64,000 nucleotides of DNA from positions 186,001-250,000 of the forward strand of contig JAKMXF010000177.1 in NCBI GenBank assembly GCA_024704765.1. Direction: 5' to 3'. The DNA is from Oopsacas minuta. Lineage: Eukaryota; Animalia; Porifera. Made by a program: the position numbers and the translations under genes. Shown here in pieces: positions 1 to 9,530 of this stretch; within the stretch, counting starts at the first letter, position 1, and every line of letters begins with the position of its first letter. The notes beneath the pieces were generated by a model, which was not told the DNA's origin, searched no databases, and saw nothing but the letters and a program-made list of their open reading frames with translations.

Positions 1-158
1 ATTCCTACCAGGGTATATATTGAAGCAATGCGCTGACAATTGACAATGCAACATGTTACGTACGTATATCCAATATAGTAAGTTGTATTGTGTATCAGGA
101 ATAATTTACTTGGTGTATTTACAATTACTAATCTCGAGTATGTAAAAATATGAGTTAC

Positions 159-1512
159 CTTGCTTGAGAATTCTGTTCCCTGATCATGTTGGAGGATGTT
201 AGGTACACCGAACGAGAGATAAATTTCCTGTAAACAATCCAATATTTCTTTAGAAGTTTTAGTCTTGAGTGGTCGGACAATTACAAATTTACTCAGGTAG
301 CACACGATGACAAGAATGTGCTGAAATCCAAGTACAGTGCGAGACATATTGCATATGAGATCAATTCCACAATGACACCATGGTTCTTCAGGAGGAGGAA
401 TAGGTTGAAGTTCTCGTTGTGGTTGAGGAGGTAGAGCAGCAGAGGTTTGACAGTCATGGCAAGTTCGGATCTAGAACGGGAAATGATTTAATTGTCAGTT
501 CGTAGTCCAGTCTAATGTAATTTGCTACGTTCCAGATGTCCCACTAATTAGCATTCCATCCCGCTTTTTCTTCACTCAGGTTGGCAAATATGTTTATGTG
601 AAATACTCCCACTACCTATCCCAATTACTAACTACCGCAAGGGTCATTAGTTGTTAGATACATGGTTGGTTGGTTGTACCGCACAAATAGATTTCCATAT
701 GATAAAATTGTATACCGGTATACTAAATATCATCAGATCGCACAATATTAATTTTACAATAGCACAAATAAAGCTGTATACAGTAGAATAATTACAAGGT
801 GAATAACCTTGAACTATAAAATACATGCTGTTCTCAGACTTAACAACCCCTTTTGCAAATTTCCCTGGATTTTCAAAATTTGTAATCCAGGGATCCCTGG
901 AGGGTTGGTAAGTCTGTGTTCTCAGCCACATTTTCTTGGAAAATCATGTATGAAAGAAATACGTAATTTAGTAACTCACATAGGATCCAACATCATTGTA
1001 TATGCCATTCCAATCATATTTATTTCGGATTCCATCAATGGTAGTATTGATTCCAGGATGAGTGACATTGTGATAGAATCCGATAATGTTGTCAATTTCT
1101 GAGACTAGTGGAATCTCCAAATATTTCATATAGCCATTTTTCTTTCTGAAAATCTACAAGAAATTATTTTAGTTAAACTCAGAGGTTGTAGGTAGCATTG
1201 AGGGGCAGAGGAGTCCCCCTAGCGTTTTCACCCTTCTCATCTCCCTATGGTACGCAAATTTAATGAGGCAACTACATATCTACCTCCTCTCAGATATGTA
1301 GTTGCCTCAAGATTTCTAATTATGTCCCGGAAATAAGTATAAATCAAAAATATCATTCAGGAATATACCTTCATTAGCTTATTCTCTTGAAAGTAAATCC
1401 CCTTGCACTTTCTGACAAAATTCTTCTTTCTGTAGCGATCACTCTTGATTTCTGGTGGGATAATATTCGTCTGGAGGTATCCACGAATTGCTTCATACTC
1501 TGTCGCATCCAT
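159..1512 (-). CDS. Ginger1/GIN-type (Gypsy-integrase-related) transposase, spliced, 3'-partial; exons 1512-1369, 1153-980, 470-159
   Basis: Manual translation gives three stop-free exons of 48, 58 and 104 codons joined by phase-0 GT-AG introns: MDATEYEAIRGYLQTNIIPPEIKSDRYRKKNFVRKCKGIYFQENKLMK | IFRK...FYHNVTHPGINTTIDGIRNKYDWNGIYNDVGSY | IRTCHDCQ...PEEPWCHCGIDLICNM...CYLSKFVIVRPLKTKTSKEILDCLQEIYLSFGVPNILQHDQGTEFSSK. This is the HHCC zinc finger plus the first two Asp residues of an rve integrase core. Not in the ORF track because of splicing. The exon-3 donor (GTAACT at 158) is inferred. Confidence 0.88.
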
Positions 1513-1667
1513 AATGAAAAATGTCAAAAGTAAATATGTGTTAAAGTTGAAATCTAGAAATAAAGTAAAATGTTAGTGTGTGCATTCAGGAAGTCACACA
1601 TGTATAAATACGAATACTATGTGACTAGGGATGAAATGTTGATATTACTTGATTTGCAATTGCTACT

Positions 1668-1708
1668 TGCGGGTCAAAATCCTACGCGGGTCAGAATCCT
1701 ACGCAACA
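1668..1708 (-). repeat. Probable terminal inverted repeat of the Ginger element (5'-TGTTGCGTAGGATTCTGACCCGCGTAGGATTTTGACCCGC)
   Basis: Starts with TGT on the minus strand, contains a tandem 17-bp unit, and lies about 200 bp upstream of the ATG. The adjoining flank GGCC (1709-1712) is a candidate 4-bp TSD. The other end is outside the window. Confidence 0.6.
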
Positions 1709-1709
1709 G

Positions 1710-2700
1710 GCCTCAATGTTAGATGATAAAATGTTTGCCAGATTTATTGTCCGCGGGGGCGCTCCTTGTCAGTGTTGCTCCGCAGGACAAACTGATGTAT
1801 CAGAGCCTGAAGTTGTAATAGCAGGCTTTCGCTTCATTACACGTTGACGCAAGCGATCAAAGATACTATCGCAGAGCTAACTTCGATGGAAAGGAGCTTA
1901 CAGCTTATCTTTCCCAACAACGAGCTGGAATCACTTATGAACCTGCAAGTTCAATTGAAGTCCTTCCTACTGCATCTTTACACTCATACTTACGTATTCT
2001 TGGTTGGTTTCCGAAATATAATACCGGATAGCAGCGGGAAGATGTACCTGGGGTGATCATGTAAATATTCGGACAAGCCATAAACTGATTACACAACGGA
2101 TATAAAAGTTACGAATATTCAGTTTAACCAAGGTAGAAGAAGTGGGATCACTAGCACTGGTAATTCAGCTCGTTTGTTCATTTCTGATGATCTTCCTTTT
2201 AAAACAGAGCTCTCCTTTTGAACCTCAAGAAGATGTTAAAATCAGAAATTTTTCATGCAAAAATTTCTGCTCTACTTCGTGTAAAAAATGGCTCTCAGAA
2301 CATCAATGTTAGTACCTTCAAGGTGCTATATGAAGAAATATATCTCCTTCTGTTAGGTTATTACCCCTGGGTTTCAATAACTACCACAGTGCATAACTTT
2401 CTAGCACCTACATATCAATTTATAGAACTGAATGATAATCGTGGCCTTAAGATATCCTCTGAAGGAGGTTTGGAACAGGCACATATGCTAATACGCAGCT
2501 TTAGTAAGTATCTATCGCGAAAATCAGATTTTCATTCAAAAGTGAAAAGACATATTCTCCCGAACTACGATGAAGGATAGCCAGTACTCAATGAGAAGTT
2601 TCGTAAGTGTCTCAAATATATGAAATGTGAAGAGGTAGGACACCAACGAGGGTGTAAAGCAAACTTAAACTGCGACAGTTCAGTATTGATTCGATTGCCA
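1710..2700 (+). pseudogene. Transib-like (RAG1-core-related) DDE transposase remnant, C-terminal half
   Basis: Frameshifted and stop-interrupted motifs in the expected order: SMLDDKMFARFIVRGGAPCQCC (cf. RAG1 D708 region with CxxC); QRAGITYEPASSIEVLPTASLHSYLRILGWF (cf. RAG1 KGVSAKPFIETVPSIDALH); GITSTGNSARLF (cf. NGNFAR); VHNFLAPTYQFIELNDNRGLKISSEGGLEQAHMLIRSFSKYLSRK (cf. [37 protein letters not shown]). Confidence 0.8.
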
Positions 2701-4883
2701 AACGCTTGCTAGAAGTCACTGATAATGTTTAACGAATGTAGTAACATTTATGATAAGTTAGATTGTATTTGTGAATCATGTGAATAATAGTTGATTAAGA
2801 CATTACATTAACATAGAAACATTTTAGCTTGACAAACCATAGTAACCAAAAGCATAGAAGGGAATGTTAGTATTATTTTGGTTTCGCTGGACTTTGCTGA
2901 ACAAATATTTATAGAATAGTTTTATATTTGATAGTGTGACATGCGTGGAATACCCTGAATAGTGCGAGAAATTGCGAGAAAGTGTTGTCCGCAACAAATT
3001 ATGGTCGCATTATTCATATTATATAACCAATAATTATGCTATATCATCACAAAGTTTAAGTATAGAAAATTAATGAAAATTCCCATAAATCAGGTTTGAG
3101 CTATAAAAGTAACATTAAAACTACACCCAGTATACGTTTGATAGTATTTTCAAGCTTGAAATTCTATTTATGGGAATTTAAGTTGGGTGAACAAAATATG
3201 ATTTCAAAAGGCCGGAAAATTAATATCATTTGGTGAGACTTTGAGATAGTACAACACTCATATAAGTTGATTCAGCTAAAAAGCAAAGATTTGGGTACAC
3301 CTACGTACATATTTCTGATCATTCTCAATATATGAATTGACAAGATTGAATTATGAAAATTTCCCCTACTGGAATCGAATAACCCACTGGTGCATTGGTA
3401 TTACATTTTATCGATATTTCATATAGACGGTATACTGATCGTTTTATATATTGACTATAAATGGAAGATGCAATAATCAACATTTCAGAAAGAATCAAAA
3501 ATGACATATTTTACAAAATTAGTGCTTAATAGAGGCATATTTTGTACATTCTTGAGATATTTTGGCATATCATGCTCAACAATTTGTTTTACATTTATTC
3601 GGACAAAAATGAGCCGTTTCAAAAATATCATAGTAACCCTGCATATTAGTGGGCCTGATTACATATCCCTGGTCTATTTTTCTGGACCAGTGCCATAGCC
3701 TTATATATATAGGTCACGGCATACTCTTAAATCAAATATTCAGGGATACTGCTCTTTCTGTTAGCATGTAATCATTTGGAGGTATATCACATGATATGGT
3801 ATTTACTCAAAGATTGGACAATCAAAGTTTTGTTTTCATATCCACAAAATCCTATTATGAAGTGTCGCAACTATTGTTGACAGCTGTAAGCTAGTGATAC
3901 TTTGGAAGCAATAATATTTCTGAAAAGATAAACTTTGATTTTGGGTAACCGCAGTTTACTGATAATGATAAATTGTATTTTCTAGAGTGACATTGATCTA
4001 TTTGCATATAATTTTTTCAAAACAAAATTTGATTTCGATGGGTCGATGACAGCGTATCATCCAGGTGCTCTATGCCATAAGCCAAAATATCAATCTCATT
4101 TTCAATACGCTTAAACCATATATTTTGAATTAAATAAGAGTATTATACGTATTTTTGGGTAAACCAATTGAAGAGCAATATTGATTAAAATAATTAGAAA
4201 TAAGGAGGGATGTGTGATAATAGCATCATCTGACTTAAGATTTCTAGGTAGTAATCGCTTTTTTGTAGGTAGGAATTTGTGCAATGTGTCCCACAAAAGT
4301 CTAGGATTGTTCTTAAGGGATCCTAAAGTATTTTGAAAGTAATATTTATTAGCACATTTTATTAGGGATGTTACTGAAAGAATTAGGTCCATCAGGCTAT
4401 ATCAGAAATCATTTGGATTGTTATATGTATCTAATATGTGAAATGTGATGGTTGTCAGATCAACTAAAACATCTTTATCAAAATGTTTATATGATCTAAG
4501 CGTGAAATCTTGAGGGTAGAGTTGACAATAGGATACCCCTTTCCATGTTTATGAACAGGATAGATGAGATAATGGTCACTAATGCCAATTGGAATGCCAC
4601 TATATTGACAAACGTGTTCAAGGATAGAGATGGTCTATAACCGTTTTGGTATTCGATATAGGACTCGATTATATTACAAATTCGTCATAGTTATGTACAG
4701 CAATCTAAAACATTCCTTTTTCGGCGATCAAGGATCTTTCTATGCTTAAATTCTATCTACGATATATGCAATTAATATAGAACTTCAGATAAACATAGAA
4801 CACTTTTATAGCTTCACACTGTATATAGTACTAATATGCGCAACCATATGTACAGTATTGACTAGGATCAAATTTCTTTTATA

Positions 4884-4935
4884 GGGAACGCAGCATTAGG
4901 TCGAATTTTGATGTTGTCGATAGATCGAATTTATT
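4884..4935 (+). repeat. Solo Mutator-type TIR of the same family as 52627-53541
   Basis: GGGAACGCAGCATTAGGTCGAATTTTGATGTTGTCGATAGATCGAA resembles both TIRs of the 52627-53541 element. No partner end identified. Confidence 0.55.
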
Positions 4936-5029
4936 AATTGAATAATAAAATAATTTTGAAAACTATAAAAATGAATGAAAAGGATGAAAAAGAATGAAAA
5001 ACAGAATAATGAATGATACTAGGACGTGA

Positions 5030-5460
5030 TAGCACTTTTTGTTTTATTAATTATAAACGGGTGTCATTGGCAGTGGATTAGGGATTTAGTTGATACCTTA
5101 TGGGTCTTGGAGTGTTTATTCGTATTATGTATCTTCGTGTTTTTGTCCGAGGGTTTATTTTATGCACTTGCGTATCTCATGGATTTGCGTGTGTCAAGGT
5201 ATGGCGTATGTTTTGTTTGCTTTTTTCCTTTTTGTGTGTTCGATTTGTTGTTCTGTTTGTTCTATGTGTTTAATTTGTTTTATGTGTTTTATTTCTTCGT
5301 TTGGTTTTCTATTTGTTTGTTTTCTGTCAGTTTGTGTCAGTTCTACAGCTTTTGGGTTTTTGTCTTTGGTAGGAGTTATGTTGTGTTTTGTCGTGTATTT
5401 TGTACTTCTGGTTCATTTTCTGTTGTCTGTTTCGCCATTTTCCTTCTTTTCGATCTTGGG
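5030..5460. repeat. Strand-skewed low-complexity tract (T/G-rich on plus strand)
   Basis: Runs such as tttgttttctgtttgttctatgtgtttaatttgttttatgtg. The plus-strand ORFs are open only because A is scarce. Confidence 0.7.
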
Positions 5461-7039
5461 TTTTGAATGATTGCAAAAACAACTACCAATGTAACGCATT
5501 TAGAGACTCTAAGATCGTCACAGATCCCTCTGACAAGTTGGATCACCTCCTGCGGAAATACTCCCATTCACTCATCCGGCTCGGACATAATGCCAAAGAG
5601 TTAAAAACTTAAATTTGGCTTTCAATTCATGCACCTCTGAATTGTATTCTTCGACCGAATGATTATGGGGTGATTAGGAGTGACTAGGTTCGATTCCTTG
5701 TTCAATATTGAGTAAATAAATCTGATGATTGTGAAACTACAAGGGCGCCTAAATTTCCATGGTTTAGAAATATGTTATTTTGAGAGACAATTACCAAGAT
5801 TGATACAATATAAACGATATTATAAGGGCAAAAATCAAGTATTTGGTGCTCGATTTTCGAAACATAGTATATAGTCAACCTTTGAGAATGTTCCTAAACA
5901 TGTTTTCACTGGAAATTACGAATATCTTAATATGGATTGACCTACAGATGGGGGAGGCCTATACTATTTTTGGAATTCGATTTACCATATTACTGATGTA
6001 TTCGCATTTTGTGGCTTTTGTATTGCACGAAAGTGATAGAAATTTGTCTATGTGACTAATAGACTTGCTTCACTGGGCTCTCGAGTCCTTTTACATTCCA
6101 GAAAGCACAAGAGGTGTGAAATATGCGAGAGTGACGTAGGATGACACAATGGTATGTAACGTTAATCCTGTATATTTTTGACACTAGATTAATTTTTCGA
6201 TATAATAATGGGTGCAAATATAGAATTGCTCCCCTCGAACTTTTCATCCGAAATATAAACACATTTATTCTAGCCTGATCGTGCTCGCTGAATGATGAAG
6301 ATTCCACTTTAGAACGTTCAAATTGGTGTACAATTGAAAAAGTTAGAGCCAAAATACATTACTAATCCAAAGTCTATGGGGGAAATTGTATTAGTCATCA
6401 AATCAATATATACATTGATTCTAGTTACTATGTAAAACCATAGCATGTGCCTACCAACATCATTGCATAGTGATGTACATTATTGAGAATCCTGAACAGG
6501 AATGCAAAGCACATAAAGATTTAAGAAAATGTTTCCAGACTTCAGCACCAACAAAATCTTGAAATACAGGTTATGTACTGTTTAGTAACAAATTGGCTAT
6601 CTGTAACAAAATTACTCCTGTTTATATAGCCAATTTGTTTTCTACCATTTTCTACCATAAAAATGTGACAGAATGCGAGAATCATAACATTTGATTTTTG
6701 GAGAAACCTATTTAAGTTTAGTGATAGTACTTTAATAACCCTATCTTCTTACTGTTATTTAACACTCACTAATGTAAGTTTCCATTGCACAAGTTTATTG
6801 TTTCCAAGTATTGTGACTGTATGATTGATAATTATAAGGAAACTATTCTATGGTTCAAACATAGGTTATAGACATAACAAGAAAATTTCGGGATCATAAG
6901 ATTGCAACACAGGATTGGGATTTGGGAAATAATCCCCCGAAGTTCAATCCCTGAGGAAAAGTACACCAGGATCCCGGGATTATAACCCCTAATTGTAACA
7001 TTGAGTTTGAAAAATCACACATAGAATATAAATCTTACT

Positions 7040-7945
7040 ATAACTGATTGTTTCACTAGAATATAATTTGAAACAGGAATTAGCTAAACGACTGGATAAG
7101 CTTTTCTGTTGATTTAACAATGTTGTTAAATATTTTTTCTTTGTTCCTTCTCCTCCAACATGATTCAATAAAATGTGTTTCCAATAGATCAGGATTCGTT
7201 GTTTGTCCCTTTCTCAATCTTTCTTCACGCTTCCTAAAGAATTTTCTATCCCTTGAGTATGCACTCCTGTGTGAGAGGATCCACAAAATCCTGGGACTGA
7301 TCGATGGTGTGATGAACATATGTAATGTGCTGTAGGATGGTATATGATGCCCACTCATCAGAGTATATCGTGGTTCCAGGTAGTATACATTGTTGGATGA
7401 TTGAAAGCAGAGTTGCAGTAATACGGTCAGGCACAACTACCAAGACAGCTTTATTAGTACCCGTTTCAAACATACCAAATACCCATTTACCAGTTAGAAG
7501 CCTCCCACGATTGTATTTCCGCTTTCTGAATTTGAACTCGTCTATCTCGATAATCGTACCAGGTCTTCCGATCGGTTCGAAGTCAACAATGAAATCTCTA
7601 ATTCAGACATCTCTCATGAAGTTCTTCCAATCTACTACAGTGTTTGGACTCCAGTCTAACTGTTTCTCCAAGAACATGTGCGCCTGTAGATCCTCCGACC
7701 AGTAGTACAGAAACTTGAACATTATCGGAAAGAGTATATTAGAAGCCTCGAAAAATGAACCGTGTCGAATGGAACAGGTCTTCTTACAACATGCAACAGT
7801 ACGTCTCCAGATATAGCTCATATGCCGAGGATATGGCCCTTCAGGTATCAACTCCCTACAAGTACATCGCATTACATTAGCCAACAGGCCATACTTCCTG
7901 AACCAAGTTAGCATCGCGTTATCAAATTGTGCCGTCGGAATTACC
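7040..7945 (-). mobile_element. Merlin (IS1016/ISXO2-like) transposase pseudogene
   Basis: ORFs 7603-7914 and 7246-7473 plus linker read ...VVDWKNFMRDV*...GTIIEIDEFKFRKRKYNRGRLLTGKWVFGMFE...ILPGTTIYSDEWASY...HHTIDQSQDFVDP, matching the ISXO2 signature EIDE...RKY.RGR...WVFG...PGT.I.SD.W..Y. Stops and frameshifts are present. Confidence 0.88.
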
Positions 7946-8689
7946 TACTCAATTTTCAATTTGCTGAGATTTCAGGAACTATATACGGTAAAATTGTGCG
8001 CTCATTTCTCAATTACCTATGCATTCTGCCTTTCTTGTATATATATTGAGAATCATAACCTTAGCACAATACAAGATGTTGATCAAATATTTAATGGTTA
8101 TAATACCACAACAACGATAATACAGTTTAACCACTACTGATTTGCATACCTATAACCATTTATAGTATCTTTGGTCAACGGATGTAGGGGTTCATTTGGG
8201 CGTTCCCCTCCACCAAATTTTATATAGTGATCTATAATTCTGAGGCCTCTCAAGTTTCGGGGTGCCCTCACCCCAAATTTTATAACTTATCCTATATTTG
8301 GATCGCCCTCGATATTTGGGGGTTCCCCTCCCCAAATTAATATTGTGATTTATTGTTCAGTTTGAAGTTTTACCATTCTTTTCAATATGGAGAGTTTTCC
8401 CTATAAACTATACATGTACAACCCACTTTCTTGTTATCAAAATTTCAACTACCAGATGTTTTCTATAAATATATAATGAGAAATACGTACAGTGTATTAT
8501 GAAACTCTAAATAGCATAGTGATTGAAATGTTGTAAATATGTTCAACAAATGTCTGAATTGTATTCAACAAAGAAAAGTCTTAGCAATTACTGAAACAAT
8601 TGGTTCATAATGGTAGCAGTCATTATGGGGTAGATATTGAGAGAGCTTGAAATGTTCTTTCCTCTGTTAGGACTGAAACCTTTGTGAGA

Positions 8690-9010
8690 AAATTTCTGTC
8701 ATTCTTAATCCTTGAAGACAAAAATATCTGTTTCTAACCATATTGCAGAAGAAAATAATTCAACATCTAGCCCAAACTGTTGTTGCTGACATATTTGTCT
8801 TAGAAAAATATTCACTAATCATTTGGTCATGTTTTATCTCACCATATTTACCACATAGGGAAGATGTACTCATAAAGGATAATAATTTCTTGCCAACTAG
8901 CTCATGTACATCTTCATTTGCTGATAACCGCCAAGCAAGTGCCCTGAATAGGGAGTTTCCATCTGCAATTATTGATATTTTATCTTCAGGAATGCAATCA
9001 TCAAACATGA
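8690..9010 (-). pseudogene. OTU-family cysteine protease domain remnant (probably TE cargo)
   Basis: IIADGNSLFRALAWRLSANEDVHELV...TNMSATTVWA, then after a frameshift DVELFSSAIWLETDIFVF. The OTU DGNC motif reads DGNS here. Confidence 0.72.
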
Positions 9011-9031
9011 ATTTTTGAGGAATTATCCCTA

Positions 9032-9530
9032 CATATGGAAGTTCATCCTCTCTCTCAAGCGTGAGCAGGGCCTAGTAGAGGTGCGGCATACTAACTACCT
9101 TGTTGGCAAGTCACCAACCAAACGGAGGCGGTCCCAACAGAGTGAGCAAGCGTTGAAGACTCTAGTTCGTGAATATTATTCTCCAGATCGTTCTAAAATG
9201 GAGTTCTTGCAGGGTGTAGCACATCATTTCAGCTGAGAGCCGATTAATATGTTAATCAAAGTATTATCTAGCCCTCAAATACATTGATTAGAGATAATAC
9301 TTTGATTAACATATTAATCGGCTCTCAGACTGAAATGATGTGCTACGCCCTGCAAGAACTCCATTTTAGAACGATCTGGAGAATAATATTCACGAACTAG
9401 AGTCTTCAACGCTTCCTCACTCTGTTGGGACCGCCTCCGTTTGGTTGGTGACTTGCCAACAAGGTAGTTAGTATGCCGCACCTCCACTAGGCCCTGCTCA
9501 CGCTTGAGGGAGAGGATGAACTTCCATATG
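9032..9530. repeat. Near-perfect inverted duplication: arms 9032-9269 and 9292-9530, 22-nt loop
   Basis: Direct comparison of the arms shows about four substitutions and one 1-nt indel. ORF 9015-9236 (+) duplicates the C-terminal peptide of ORF 9314-9706 (-). Confidence 0.95.

Larger units (their letters stand above)
3250..6352 (-). mobile_element. Decayed non-LTR retrotransposon (LINE) ORF2: APE endonuclease and RT remnants, interrupted by an insertion at about 4884-5750
   Basis: WNVKGL (about 6090, typical APE start), TVIDHLY and GISDHYLIY (about 4590-4650, APE end), KYYFQNTLGSLKNNPRLLWDTLHKFL (ORF 4111-4392, APE-RT linker), then heavily degraded RT-like sequence. Linking the 6.1-kb piece to the rest is inference from spacing. 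Confidence 0.6.

Noticed and set aside
647-1102. ORFs 647-931 (-) and 809-1102 (+) as genes
   Set aside because: They overlap intron 2 and the antisense of exon 2 of the Ginger gene, and have no recognisable motifs.
5030-5440. TAA-rich minus frame suggesting a ciliate-type genetic code
   Set aside because: The host genes and TEs read correctly and terminate with the standard code. The stops reflect A-richness.
5026-5470. Two long hydrophobic plus-strand ORFs resembling membrane proteins
   Set aside because: They are artefacts of an A-poor low-complexity strand that cannot form stop codons.
5687-5697. GGTTCGATTCC B-box suggesting a tRNA gene
   Set aside because: There is no A-box at proper spacing and no cloverleaf. 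At most it is a degenerate SINE fragment.
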